A stretch of DNA of 64,000 nucleotides from positions 227 through 64,226 of the forward strand of contig JAGBAJ010000015.1 of assembly GCA_017939755.1 (NCBI GenBank), read 5' to 3'. Source of the DNA: Clostridia bacterium (lineage in GTDB: Bacteria > Bacillota > Clostridia > TANB77 > CAG-508). How positions within the stretch are numbered: the stretch's first letter is position 1; the number at the start of each line of letters is the position of its first letter. Shown here one piece after another: positions 9,515-20,001 of the stretch. A program made the position numbers and the translations under genes. A model generated the notes under the pieces. The model saw only the letters and a list, made by a program, of their open reading frames with translations, was not told the origin of the DNA and searched no databases.

Positions 9515-10646
9515 TTTAAAAAATATTATATTTAAAGAGCTTAGAGAATTATTTAGGGATAAAAAATCTTTGGCAATGATGTTAATTGCACCACTTCTAA
9601 TTCCTGCTATTATATTTGGTATGTCAGCAATATTTGAATCAACTGCTAATAAGTCTGTTTCAGAGTATAACAAAATTGGTTTTAATTATGAACTTTCTGA
9701 TGTTGAAAAAGCTATTGCTAAAGAGCTCCAAATTGAAGTTGTGGAAAAAAGTGAGGAAGAATTAAAATTAGATTATGAAAATGGAGATATCTATTTATAT
9801 GTCTTAAAAAACGGAAATAACTATGAGTTTAATGGAGACAATACGCAAAATACTAACTATGCTATTGGCCTTGCTAATACATTCTATTCTACATATAAAA
9901 ATTATTTGCAAGCAGATTATCTGGTACAAAATAATATTAACCCAGACGATATTGTAAATATAATAACAGTAAGTGAGAATATTAGTGAAAAAGACAATTT
10001 CATGATTTCATATATTACTTCTTATGGTTTCTTATTTGTAATAATGGCGATTACAATGGCTGCAATTTATCCAGCTACAGATGCTATTGCAGGTGAAAAA
10101 GAGAGAGGAACTTTAGAGACATTATTAACTTTTCCAATTAGAAATAAGGATATAATTATAGGCAAATTTTTAAGTGTATCTTGTGCAGCTGCATTTACAG
10201 GAATTATTGGATTTATTTTTATGAATGCCTCATTATATTTTGCAAATGGTATGTTTGATATATATAAAGAGGTAACCATTACATTATCTATGGGAACTAT
10301 TATATACTCTGTAATAGCAATTATTGCATATTCGCTATTGATAAGTGGACTTGCAATTTCAATAGCTAGCAAAACAAAGTCATATAAGGAAGCTCAAAGT
10401 GCACTAACGCCATTATCATTTTTAGCTATTTTTCCAGGAATGATAACATTCCTTGCTAATATAGAAACAACAACACTATTATCTGCAATTCCATTTATAA
10501 ATATTACTTTGCTATTTGGTGATTGTGTTAAAGGTAATTTTAATTGGTTAAATATTGGAATTATGTTTGTATCAACTATTATTTTTATTGCTATTGTTTT
10601 AAAAGTTATAATTAAACAATACAAATCTGAAAAAGTTTTATTTTAA
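9507..10646 (+). CDS. natB: ABC-2 permease (NatB-like)
   Basis: KELRELFRD, AGEKERGTLETLL and KSYKEAQ motifs. Multiple TM segments; overlaps the ATPase gene. Confidence 0.8.
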   Translation: MNNLKNIIFKELRELFRDKKSLAMMLIAPLLIPAIIFGMSAIFESTANKSVSEYNKIGFNYELSDVEKAIAKELQIEVVEKSEEELKLDYENGDIYLYVLKNGNNYEFNGDNTQNTNYAIGLANTFYSTYKNYLQADYLVQNNINPDDIVNIITVSENISEKDNFMISYITSYGFLFVIMAITMAAIYPATDAIAGEKERGTLETLLTFPIRNKDIIIGKFLSVSCAAAFTGIIGFIFMNASLYFANGMFDIYKEVTITLSMGTIIYSVIAIIAYSLLISGLAISIASKTKSYKEAQSALTPLSFLAIFPGMITFLANIETTTLLSAIPFINITLLFGDCVKGNFNWLNIGIMFVSTIIFIAIVLKVIIKQYKSEKVLF

Positions 10647-10662
10647 TATATAAAATATAAAT

Positions 10663-10696
10663 TACGCGGAAATTAGAGATTAATAATTTCCGCGTA
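10663..10696. terminator. Hairpin between convergent genes (probable bidirectional terminator)
   Basis: TACGCGGAAATTA / TAATTTCCGCGTA 13-bp stem. Confidence 0.55.
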
Positions 10697-10739
10697 TATA
10701 CGTGTTTTAAATTCAATGTAAGAGGAAAGTCTAATTTTT

Positions 10740-13355
10740 TTAAATCCATTCCCCAAATTTCTTTATATAGATTTTTTTTGCTACTAATGCAAATATACAA
10801 TATAAAATTGGTACACCAAATATAATTGACATATATGGAAGTGGAATTGGTACTAAGCCAATAATTTTTCCAAGCCATGTAAAAGGTATCACAATTCCTA
10901 CTATCATTAATGTAAATGATGATAGATAAACCCATTTGTTTGCATGACTTTCTATAAATGGTGTCTTTTGTGTTCGTATAATGTGCATACCTAAAAGGTT
11001 TGAAACAATGCTATATGTGAACCATATTGTTTGGAATAGTGCAACTTCTCTTAAGTTAAATGCAAACCACAAAAATGCAAATACTAGTAAGTCAAATGCA
11101 GAGCTTAGTGGCCCCATGAATAACATAAAATTTTTAATTCCCTTTAGACTGAATTGTCGTGGTTTTCGTAAATATTCTTTATCAACATTATCAAATGGAA
11201 GAGTTAATTGTCCAAAGTCATATAGAAGACCTTCTACTAATAATTGAATTGGCGTTTCTGGTAAAAATGGAAGCAAAACGCTTGCAATAATTACAGACAT
11301 AACCTCTCCAAAATTGAAACTTGTTGCCATCTTTATATATTTCATTAGGTTTCCAAAAGTTTTTCTTCCTTCTGTTACACCCTCTAATAGCACATGCAAA
11401 TCTTTCTCTAGCAATATAATGTCAGCTGACTCTTTAGCTATATCAACAGCGGTGTCAACAGAAATTCCAACGTCAGAATTTGTAAGCGATGGTGCATCAT
11501 TTATTCCATCACCCATGTAGCCTACAACGTTTCCAGATTCCCTTAGAAGTCTAACAATTCTTGCTTTTTGAATAGGTGAAAGCTTTACAAATATATTATT
11601 TTTTCTTAACAATCTAATTACACCTTGGTCTTCAAGTTGTTCAATCTGGCTTCCTTCTATTATATTAGGTGAGTTTATTCCGACTTTTTTACATATACAT
11701 TTTGTAACTTCTAGATTATCACCAGTTAAAACAATTACTCTTATTCCAGATTTGTTCAATTTCTCTATGGATGATTTAGCAGATTCTTTTGGAGGATCAA
11801 GGAAACCTATAAATCCAAGTAGAACCATATCTTTTTCGTCGGATACATCAAAGATGGTTGTATCCCTTAATTCATTTTTTTGACAAACTGCTATTACACG
11901 AAGTCCATCTTTATTAAGTTTTTTTGAAACTTGCCTAATAGTATCTTTTAATTGGTTTGTGATAGGCGAAACTTTTCCATGGTCATCTACCATAGTACAT
12001 AATTCAAGAATTTCTTCAACTGCGCCTTTTGTTATCATCTGTCTTTTTGTTCCATCAGTCACGATTACGGATAATCTTCTACGAGTAAAATCAAAAGGAA
12101 TTTCATCTATCAATTTATATTTTTCAGTATATTGTGACATTTCATTTTCTAAAGCTCTATTAACAACAGCTTCGTCTATATTTCCACGTAATCCAGTTTG
12201 AAAGTATGAGTTTAAAAATGCATGTTTTAAAACTCGAGGATCCTCATTTCCATGAACATCTAAATATTTTTCAAGAACTATCTTATCTTCTGTTAGAGTT
12301 CCTGTTTTGTCTGTGCATAAAATGTTCATGCCACCAAAGCTCTCTATGGAATCTAGCTTTTTTACAATGGTTTTTTTCTTGGACATTTTTACTGCGCCTT
12401 TTGATAAACTAGATGATAAAATAACTGGAAGTAGTAGGGGCGTTATACAAATTGCTATAGCTACTGCAAATGTAAATGCTGTTACTGGTGCGTGTTTCCA
12501 TACATTCAATATAAATACAATTGGTGTTAATACAAGCATAAATTTGATTAGTAGTTTGCTAATATCCTCAATTCCTCTTTGAAATGCGGATTTTTCTTTA
12601 GTGCTTGATAGCGTCTTTGCAATTTTTCCAAAGTAAGTTTGGTCGGCTGTTTTTATAACTGCACATTTTGCGGATCCACTTATAACGTTTGTTCCCATAA
12701 AGCAAATTGTATCAAGATCAGATATACTGGTTATATCTTCTTGTGTTAAGTCTGTATGTGATAGTTTTCTTACAGCATCGGATTCTCCTGTAAGAGCAGA
12801 CTGCCCAACATAAATATCCTTGGATTCGAGTATCCTTAAATCGGCAGGAATCATACTTCCAGCAGATAGCATAACAATATCTCCAATTGTTACTTCTTTT
12901 ATTGGAATTTGAGTTTCTGTTCCATCACGTATTACAGTGGTGGTTGTTGCTACAAGCTCTTTTAATTTTTCTGCAGCTCTGTTTGAGCGAAATTCTTCAA
13001 AAAATTCTAGAAGTGTACTAGCGGATACTAAAATTAAAATAACTATAATATTTGCGTAGCTTGGCTTTTCAGATAAGTATACATCCGTATAAAATAAAAC
13101 GGCAACAATTCCAAGTAAAATACAATTAAATGGACTTAATAAACTTTCTAAAAAGTAGTTATACCAACGCTTGGGTTTTGCACTTTTTATTTCGTTTTGC
13201 CCATACTGCAATATTTTTTCTTCAGCTTCAGCGGTAGATAAACCATCTAACTGTATATTATATTCTTTTATAAAGTCCTCTTTTGAAAGAGTAGCTTGCT
13301 TTCCATACATTTTTTTTGCTGTATTTTCATCTTTATTTTTCTTTTGCTCTTGCAT
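10740..13355 (-). CDS. mgtA: Magnesium-translocating P-type ATPase
   Basis: DKTGTLT, TGES, IPFDFTRRR, GDGINDAP and the MgtA-type KMATSFNFG motif. GGAG RBS supports MQEQ as the start. Confidence 0.9.
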   Translation of the reverse strand: MQEQKKNKDENTAKKMYGKQATLSKEDFIKEYNIQLDGLSTAEAEEKILQYGQNEIKSAKPKRWYNYFLESLLSPFNCILLGIVAVLFYTDVYLSEKPSYANIIVILILVSASTLLEFFEEFRSNRAAEKLKELVATTTTVIRDGTETQIPIKEVTIGDIVMLSAGSMIPADLRILESKDIYVGQSALTGESDAVRKLSHTDLTQEDITSISDLDTICFMGTNVISGSAKCAVIKTADQTYFGKIAKTLSSTKEKSAFQRGIEDISKLLIKFMLVLTPIVFILNVWKHAPVTAFTFAVAIAICITPLLLPVILSSSLSKGAVKMSKKKTIVKKLDSIESFGGMNILCTDKTGTLTEDKIVLEKYLDVHGNEDPRVLKHAFLNSYFQTGLRGNIDEAVVNRALENEMSQYTEKYKLIDEIPFDFTRRRLSVIVTDGTKRQMITKGAVEEILELCTMVDDHGKVSPITNQLKDTIRQVSKKLNKDGLRVIAVCQKNELRDTTIFDVSDEKDMVLLGFIGFLDPPKESAKSSIEKLNKSGIRVIVLTGDNLEVTKCICKKVGINSPNIIEGSQIEQLEDQGVIRLLRKNNIFVKLSPIQKARIVRLLRESGNVVGYMGDGINDAPSLTNSDVGISVDTAVDIAKESADIILLEKDLHVLLEGVTEGRKTFGNLMKYIKMATSFNFGEVMSVIIASVLLPFLPETPIQLLVEGLLYDFGQLTLPFDNVDKEYLRKPRQFSLKGIKNFMLFMGPLSSAFDLLVFAFLWFAFNLREVALFQTIWFTYSIVSNLLGMHIIRTQKTPFIESHANKWVYLSSFTLMIVGIVIPFTWLGKIIGLVPIPLPYMSIIFGVPILYCIFALVAKKIYIKKFGEWI

Positions 13356-13485
13356 ATAAATCATCTCCAAGAAGAGTATACCACTAATTTACAAAATAAA
13401 ATCAAAAAGTTATATTTTTTTGGAATAATTTTATTTTACAAATGAAATACCATGATATATAATGCAAAAAAATAAGGAGGTACAA

Positions 13486-14442
13486 ATGAATACTTTAAAG
13501 AAAATATCTATAATAGCTATATTAATAGCTGTAATTGTAAGTTTTACAGGATGTGGAAATGAAAAAGAAAATTCAAAAGATAATGAAAGTAATGCAGTTG
13601 GGCAAGAGCATGTAAAAAGCCAGGCTAGATCTGACCATGAAAAAAATCCATTAGCTACTATGATTGTAGAGTATGTGAATGATAATGGAGAAACTAAACA
13701 GGGGAAAATTGTAATGGAATTATTTGCAAATGAAGCTCCTGAAACTGTTTCTAATTTTGTTAATTTGGCTCAAAATGGATTTTACAATGGGTCAACATTC
13801 CATCGTATAGTTGAAAATTTTATGATTCAAGGTGGAGGGAAAACTGATACTAGAGGCGAATCTTCAGGTACAAGTAATCCTAATGAAGCATCAGCATCTA
13901 CAAATGAATCAGTTTGCGTTAGTGATATTGATAAGTCAGTAGAAGTTGGGAGCAAAAGCGATTACTCTTATTCTATAAAAGGTGAGTTCGCTAAAAATGG
14001 TGTTGATAATGGTTTGAAGTTTGGGGCAGGAACAGTTGCTATGGCTAGAGCTGACTATAGTTATTTTGGAATGGCTGAAGAAGGATATAATAGTGCTTCA
14101 TCTCAATTTTTTATTACAAATACAGATGATAAATCAGTTTGTGATAGTTTGCAAGATTTATATGCTATTTTTGGAAGAGTCACAGAGGGATATGATGTTG
14201 TTCTTGAAATTTCAAGAGTAAAGGTTAAAATGAATGAAAGTGGAACAGAAAATTCAACACCTGAAGTTGCTCCAGTAATAAAGAGCATTACAATAGATAC
14301 ATTTGGTGAGGAGTATGGTATACCACAGCTAATAAATGCTGATGAAGTTATGAAGAAAGTTCAAGAAGCATATACAAAAATAATGACAGAGTACTATGAA
14401 GGTAGCTCTAATCAAGAAGATAATGGTCAGAGCGAAGAATAG
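13486..14442 (+). CDS. Cyclophilin-type peptidyl-prolyl isomerase, lipoprotein
   Basis: Lipobox FTGC; APETVSNF, FHRIVENFMIQGG, SQFFI, YAIFGRV. AAGGAGG RBS. Confidence 0.9.
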   Translation: MNTLKKISIIAILIAVIVSFTGCGNEKENSKDNESNAVGQEHVKSQARSDHEKNPLATMIVEYVNDNGETKQGKIVMELFANEAPETVSNFVNLAQNGFYNGSTFHRIVENFMIQGGGKTDTRGESSGTSNPNEASASTNESVCVSDIDKSVEVGSKSDYSYSIKGEFAKNGVDNGLKFGAGTVAMARADYSYFGMAEEGYNSASSQFFITNTDDKSVCDSLQDLYAIFGRVTEGYDVVLEISRVKVKMNESGTENSTPEVAPVIKSITIDTFGEEYGIPQLINADEVMKKVQEAYTKIMTEYYEGSSNQEDNGQSEE

Positions 14443-14557
14443 TTGTAAGAAGCCCGTAAAATGCAAATCATATTAATGGTATCTTTGCATTGTAATATTT
14501 GAAAATTATGTAAATCTATGATATAATGTACTCATCATACATGAAAGGGGGGCTTAG

Positions 14558-14902
14558 ATGCTCCGAAACACTTACTTAAAAATTTTGGCGCGTAATACCG
14601 CCGAAAAGTTTGGAATCGAAGCTGCATATCTTGGGGAAAAGGAGTTTCAACTATTTTTCAGAAATGAGAAAATTGAGCAAATTTTTGAAACAGCTGCAGT
14701 GTTTATTCAAGAAACTCGGTGTGCTGCAGTGAAATTCAGCGTCTGCGATATCAATGTTGTTTATCGTAGAGGCACAAGGCTCGAGGAAGTCATGGAGAAT
14801 TGGTATATTGATTTCCTTAGTATGCAGATTGTTCCATCCGTTATATCTTATGAATATGACGGAAAGCCCTTTTTGCAATTTTTGCGTGACATAAAAATGT
14901 GA
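14558..14902 (+). CDS. Hypothetical protein (orphan, visibly more GC-rich)
   Basis: Own TTGAAA-17-TATAAT promoter, G-rich RBS and a downstream AACCCTCG/CGAGGGTT terminator. Confidence 0.7.
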   Translation: MLRNTYLKILARNTAEKFGIEAAYLGEKEFQLFFRNEKIEQIFETAAVFIQETRCAAVKFSVCDINVVYRRGTRLEEVMENWYIDFLSMQIVPSVISYEYDGKPFLQFLRDIKM

Positions 14903-14929
14903 TAAGGGAACCCTCGTTAAGTCGAGGGT

Positions 14930-15087
14930 TATTTTTTTATATAATAGGAAAGTTCTACTTTCCTATTATATAAAAAAATACATTGCACACAGATTTTCTT
15001 TGAAAATTTGGCGCACGAACAATCATACGCGGGCTGAGCTCTATATTAAATAATTTGGGATGATAATAAGCCCGCTATTGTTCTATA
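14930..15087. repeat. Terminator-docked structured repeat, copy 1
   Basis: 24-bp perfect inverted repeat (14930-14953 / 14957-14980), then CATTGCACAC and a CGAACAAT...ATTGTTCTATA hairpin. Shares modules with 33091, 46210, 48405, 60574 and 62344. Confidence 0.75.
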
Positions 15088-15123
15088 ATCTGGATAATCA
15101 CATATTGATTGTAAATTTATATG

Positions 15124-15152
15124 TAATATTTTCTATTAAGTTCACATATATT
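15124..15152 (+). promoter_or_regulatory. Sigma-E-like promoter of the Ca2+ P-ATPase gene
   Basis: TAATATT...CATATATT with 17 bp between the two ATA cores. Confidence 0.5.
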
Positions 15153-15180
15153 TATATAAATGAACGAAGGAGGATAAGCT

Positions 15181-17820
15181 ATGTGGCATACTTTAGAGCT
15201 TACAGATTTGGTTAGAAAGCTGCAATCAAATTTGTTATATGGGATTACCGAAGATGAGGCAAAAGAGCGAGTTTTAAAATATGGAAAGAATAAGATTGAG
15301 GATAAAAATAAAGAGAATATTTTTATAAAATTTATAAAACAGTTTAAAGATGCAATGATTATTATTTTAATAGTCTCGGCAATAATTTCTGCTATAGTTA
15401 CAATGCTCAATGGAAGTAATGATTATTTGGATTCTATTATTATAGTAACTATTGTTGTGGTAAACGCCATTATGGGAACAATTCAAGAGGCTAAGGCAGA
15501 AAAGTCCATTGAGGCATTAAAACAAATGGCATCTCCAATTGCTAAGGTAAAAAGAGCTGGCAATATCATTAATGTTCCAAGTGAAGAAATTGCAATTGGA
15601 GACTTTATAATTTTAGAAGCAGGGAATTATGTACCAGCTGATTGTAGAATAATAAAATCATTTAATTTGAAAATTGAAGAATCTAGTTTAACGGGTGAAA
15701 CAATTCCAATTTTAAAGGATGAAAATGTAAAATTATCAAGCGATTGTAACACTGGAGATATGCTTAATATGGCATTTGCAACCACAGTGGTTACGAATGG
15801 ATCTGGAGAAGCGATTGTTGTAGAAACTGGAATGAATACAAAAGTTGGAAAAATTGCGAAAATGATTATTGATAATGAATCGCCAGAAACTCCAATTCAA
15901 AAGAAACTTGGTCAAGTTGGTAAAACTCTTGGTATCGGTTGTTTAGTTATTTGCGCAATTATTTTTATAATAGGTATTTTAAAGAAGATTCCTGCACTAG
16001 AAATGTTTATGACTTCTGTAGGACTTGCAGTGGCTGCTATACCAGAAGGTCTTCCTGCAATTGTTACGATTGTTCTATCTATTGGTGTTACAAAGCTAGC
16101 AAAACATAATGCAATAATTAGGAAAATTCCAGCTGTAGAAACGTTGGGAAGTAGTAGTGTAATTTGTACAGATAAAACAGGAACACTTACAAAAAATGAG
16201 ATGAGTGTTGTTCAATATGAAGATTGTAATGCAAATCCATCTAATTTCGTTTTAGAGCTTGCAACAATGTGTACAAGTGTTCAAATTCAAAACAACGGAA
16301 AAATTTTAGGAGACCCAACAGAGATAGCAATAGTTGAAAAAGCAAACCTGCTTAATAAAAACAGAAATGAACTTTATGAAAAATACCCGAAGGTTAATGA
16401 AATTCCTTTCGATTCAAACAGAAAGTTGATGACTACAATTCATAAAGTAGGGGGCAAGTATCGTGTTATAACAAAAGGGGCTCCAGATATTTTATTAGAA
16501 AGGTGCACAAAATTTTACAGTGATGGTAATATTTCGGGCTTAAATTATTTAAAGAGAAATAGCTTAAAAAGTAGAAATGAAAATATGGCAGATAAAGCTT
16601 TAAGAGTAATCGCAGTTGCTTACATAGATTTAGACATTTTACCTAAAAGTATGGATGATAAATTTATAGAAAATAATTTAATATTTGTTGGTTTTATAGG
16701 AATGATTGATCCTCCAAGGGAAGGTGTTAAATACTCAATAAAGCAGTGCAAAGAAGCAGGAATAAAAATTGCAATGATTACTGGAGACCATATTGCAACA
16801 GCTAGAGCTATTGCGAGTGACTTAGGAATATTAAGAAAAAATGATATTTGTATTACAGGAAAAGAGCTTGATCAAATTTCGCAAAGGGATTTAGAAAAGA
16901 ATATAATGAAATATTCAGTGTTCGCACGAGTTACTCCAGAGCATAAAGTAAGAATTGTAAAGGCTTTTCAATCAACAGGGGCGGTTGTAGCAATGACTGG
17001 TGATGGGGTAAATGATGCTCCAGCACTAAAAAATGCTGACATTGGAATTTCTATGGGATTAAATGGAACTGATGTTGCTAAAAATGCTTCAGATATGGTT
17101 TTAGCGGATGATAATTTTTCTACTATTGTTGAGGCTATTAAATATGGTAGAAATATATTTGATAATATAAAAAAAGCAGTTCATTTCTTAATTGCGACTA
17201 ATATAGGAGAAATCGCTACAATATTTTTTGGTTTAATTTTAGGATTTAAGAGCCCTCTGACTGCTATTCAGCTGTTATGGATAAATTTGGTAACAGATTC
17301 TTTCCCTGCCATTGCATTAGGATTAGACCCAGCAGAGCATAATATTATGAAAAAGAAACCTAGAAGCTCTAAAAAATCGCTTTTTGCGGATGGATTATGG
17401 ACAAAAATAATTTCGGAAGGTATAATGATGGGTGCTTTAACATTGGTTGCGTTTAATATTGGATATAATAAATTCGGATTAGATGTTGCACGAACTATGG
17501 CATTTGTTACATTAGGCTTGCTAGAGCTGATTCATGTTTATAGTGTTAGAACAGAAGAGTCAATTTGGAAGTCAAATATTTTTTCTAATAAGTATCTAAT
17601 TGGGGCTTTTATATTAGGATTTATTATGCAAGTCCTAGTAGTTGTTATACCATCTTTTACAAAAATATTTGAATTAACACCTCTTAATTTTACTCAGTGG
17701 ACATATATATTTATAATTTCTATATCTTCACTTGTAATAATGGAAATTCAAAAGCTAGTAAATAGAGCAAGCTTACCAAAGAATCTCCCACAAAGGTTAC
17801 TAAATCAACCAGTAGAATAA
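15181..17820 (+). CDS. Calcium-translocating P-type ATPase (YloB/SERCA-like)
   Basis: VAAIPEGLP, DKTGTLT, KGAPD, TGDGVNDAPALK, QLLWINLVTD. Confidence 0.9.
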   Translation: MWHTLELTDLVRKLQSNLLYGITEDEAKERVLKYGKNKIEDKNKENIFIKFIKQFKDAMIIILIVSAIISAIVTMLNGSNDYLDSIIIVTIVVVNAIMGTIQEAKAEKSIEALKQMASPIAKVKRAGNIINVPSEEIAIGDFIILEAGNYVPADCRIIKSFNLKIEESSLTGETIPILKDENVKLSSDCNTGDMLNMAFATTVVTNGSGEAIVVETGMNTKVGKIAKMIIDNESPETPIQKKLGQVGKTLGIGCLVICAIIFIIGILKKIPALEMFMTSVGLAVAAIPEGLPAIVTIVLSIGVTKLAKHNAIIRKIPAVETLGSSSVICTDKTGTLTKNEMSVVQYEDCNANPSNFVLELATMCTSVQIQNNGKILGDPTEIAIVEKANLLNKNRNELYEKYPKVNEIPFDSNRKLMTTIHKVGGKYRVITKGAPDILLERCTKFYSDGNISGLNYLKRNSLKSRNENMADKALRVIAVAYIDLDILPKSMDDKFIENNLIFVGFIGMIDPPREGVKYSIKQCKEAGIKIAMITGDHIATARAIASDLGILRKNDICITGKELDQISQRDLEKNIMKYSVFARVTPEHKVRIVKAFQSTGAVVAMTGDGVNDAPALKNADIGISMGLNGTDVAKNASDMVLADDNFSTIVEAIKYGRNIFDNIKKAVHFLIATNIGEIATIFFGLILGFKSPLTAIQLLWINLVTDSFPAIALGLDPAEHNIMKKKPRSSKKSLFADGLWTKIISEGIMMGALTLVAFNIGYNKFGLDVARTMAFVTLGLLELIHVYSVRTEESIWKSNIFSNKYLIGAFILGFIMQVLVVVIPSFTKIFELTPLNFTQWTYIFIISISSLVIMEIQKLVNRASLPKNLPQRLLNQPVE

Positions 17821-17935
17821 AATTTTAGTAATTTAAGTTAGACTTTAAATTTTTGTTAATCTAAGAAACTAGTATACAAAGGAACAAGCGTGGCACGATA
17901 AAAATCTAAAACATTAGAATATATTAATTGTACTA

Positions 17936-18169
17936 CTATTGCTCCTTTATATGCTCTGCTTTATATTCCATAATTGCATTTTCTTTAACAGCTGTAATTA
18001 GCTTATCTATAATTTCAGTAGGTACCTCAGCATGTTCAGTAAGTACTTTTTTTATTATTTCAATTTGAGATTGATTATCTATATATTTTTCATTGTGCTT
18101 TAATTTTTTTACAGCTTGTTCGTTTACTTCTTTATTGATTTTTTCTTTTGCTTTCTTCAAAATTGACAT
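17936..18169 (-). CDS. Hypothetical protein (77 aa)
   Basis: GGAGGT RBS before MSILKKAKEK. Confidence 0.6.
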   Translation of the reverse strand: MSILKKAKEKINKEVNEQAVKKLKHNEKYIDNQSQIEIIKKVLTEHAEVPTEIIDKLITAVKENAIMEYKAEHIKEQ

Positions 18170-18269
18170 ATAGAATGTACCTCCAGTAATATTTAAGTTA
18201 CATTCTATCAATAGGTAATTCTTGTGTCAAGTAAATATTTATAAAGTAAATAATTACCTTAAAACGATG

Positions 18270-18479
18270 TTACCAGTCAGCCTTAGACAAAATTATAATG
18301 TAATAAAAAGTCTCAATATTTATATTTGTAAGCGTCAAGGTACTAAAATAATTTTCTCTTTAGATAATTATTTTAAGTAGCGAAAGCGTCCGTATCGAAA
18401 CAGTTATGTTTCGATAGCTGTAAAATATAAATATTGAGACTTTTTATTACATATCTTTTCAAATATTGCTGACTAGTAA
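18270..18479. repeat. Nested inverted-repeat element (MITE-like or structured RNA)
   Basis: 30-bp perfect IR (18298-18327 / 18423-18452), outer 11/12 IR and two internal hairpins. Confidence 0.7.
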
Positions 18480-18538
18480 AAAACAATTATAATTCATAGC
18501 AAAAATATTATTAATGAAGTTAAATGTATAATGTCAAT

Positions 18539-18874
18539 TTACATGTTTTGAGTTATTTCTTGTTGAGTATCTATCATGTTAATAACATTTTTTATAATTG
18601 TAATACATGAATCAAGCTGCTTGCCATCAATTTGAGCAACTTTTTTGATTAAATTTTCATCAAGCACGTTTTTCTTTCCAAGTAGTATATAATCTGTTGA
18701 TATATTCGTTTTTTCAGATAATAGAATAATTTTTTCTACAGATAGACAATTTTCTCCATTTTCAATAGTTCCTAAATATTGTGGTGTGATTTGTAAATAG
18801 TTTGCAAACTCATTTTTATTCATATTAAGACTATTTCGTATTTCTTTAATTCTTTTACATATTTCTTTTTTCAT
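18539..18874 (-). CDS. XRE-family helix-turn-helix regulator
   Basis: RIKEIRNSLNMNKNEFANYLQITPQYLGTIENG...ISTDYILLG; AGGAGG RBS. Confidence 0.9.
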   Translation of the reverse strand: MKKEICKRIKEIRNSLNMNKNEFANYLQITPQYLGTIENGENCLSVEKIILLSEKTNISTDYILLGKKNVLDENLIKKVAQIDGKQLDSCITIIKNVINMIDTQQEITQNM

Positions 18875-19090
18875 ATATCCTCCTAAAGCTTATATATATA
18901 ATGATTAACGATGTTTTACGTTAACCTTATATATGGTAAATTTGAATACATTTTAATCCAGAAAAGAAGGTATTGGTTAATAATTCGGGATAGTTAAAAT
19001 TGAGAAATATGTAGTTTTTTGTAGTTTTATGTGAATAATTGTGATATATTTATAATGTATATATTTAAGAAGTAAACAGGAGGTTTAATT

Positions 19091-19882
19091 ATGGCTAAAG
19101 ATGAAGTAGTTAGTATATTACTCGTAGAAGATGATGAAATAGAGTGCATTAATATGAAAAATTACATAAATTCTAGAGATGAAATTAAATTGGTTAATTG
19201 TGTTAGCTCTCCATCAGACGCAATAAAATCAGTAAAGACATATTTGCCAGATGCAATTATTTTAGATATAGAGCTGAATAAAGGACAAGGCTCTGGATTA
19301 GAAGTATTAGATAATATAAAGAATATGAATCTACAATATAAGCCTATAATTGTAATAACAACAAATATTGCATCAAAGATGGTATATAGATATGCACATG
19401 AAAATGGTGCAGATATGGTTTTTTATAAATTGAAAAATGATTACTCTCCAGAGCTTGTAATAAAAAATATTTTATTATTAAATGGCTTACAGTCTAAGGA
19501 GTTATCTGCGCAAAAAATTGATGTGGAAAGTAAGAAGAATTGCCATGATAAAATATCTAATAGAATAAATAGAGAATTAGATTTAATAGGAATAAGTTCT
19601 CACTTGATTGGAAGAAAATATATACATGACTCCATACTATACATATTAGAAGAAAACGATAATAGTGAAAATGTATTTTTGCATATAGCAAAGAAATACA
19701 AGAAAGGAAATAGTACAATTGGACGTTCAATTCAAACTGCCATTGAACATGCATGGAGAAAGTCTTCAATAGAAGATTTAGAAAAGCATTATACAGCAGT
19801 TGTAAATTATAATACTGGAGTACCAACTCCAACTGAATTAATCTATTACTATGTAGATAAGATTAAAGCAGGATTAAAATAA
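19091..19882 (+). CDS. Spo0A-like response regulator (receiver + Spo0A C-terminal domain); a paralog, not canonical Spo0A
   Basis: VEDD, LDIEL (phospho-Asp), T and K receiver residues. C-terminal GISSHLIGRKYI...IAKKY...RSIQTAIEHAW...PTPTELI. Confidence 0.85.
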   Translation: MAKDEVVSILLVEDDEIECINMKNYINSRDEIKLVNCVSSPSDAIKSVKTYLPDAIILDIELNKGQGSGLEVLDNIKNMNLQYKPIIVITTNIASKMVYRYAHENGADMVFYKLKNDYSPELVIKNILLLNGLQSKELSAQKIDVESKKNCHDKISNRINRELDLIGISSHLIGRKYIHDSILYILEENDNSENVFLHIAKKYKKGNSTIGRSIQTAIEHAWRKSSIEDLEKHYTAVVNYNTGVPTPTELIYYYVDKIKAGLK

Positions 19883-19938
19883 TATTAAATAAAAATACTT
19901 AATTAAAAATTTTAACAATCGAATAATAAATTAGTAAC

Positions 19939-20001
19939 AAAAAAGCTTTTAATTTAAAAATTAGAAAAGAGTTTCTAGTTTTTGAATTAAAAGCTTTTTT
20001 T
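19939..20001 (+). terminator. Long hairpin/terminator after the response regulator
   Basis: AAAAAAGCTTTTAATT...AATTAAAAGCTTTTTT inverted repeat. Confidence 0.6.

Noticed and set aside
13356-13485. M-box (ykoK) riboswitch upstream of mgtA
   Set aside because: Only about 130 bp of AT-rich divergent promoter region, with no room or consensus for the aptamer.
19091-19882. Calling this gene spo0A
   Set aside because: It lacks the canonical GVPAHIKGY and SRVERAIRHAIE sequences and the usual spoIVB context; treated as a paralog.
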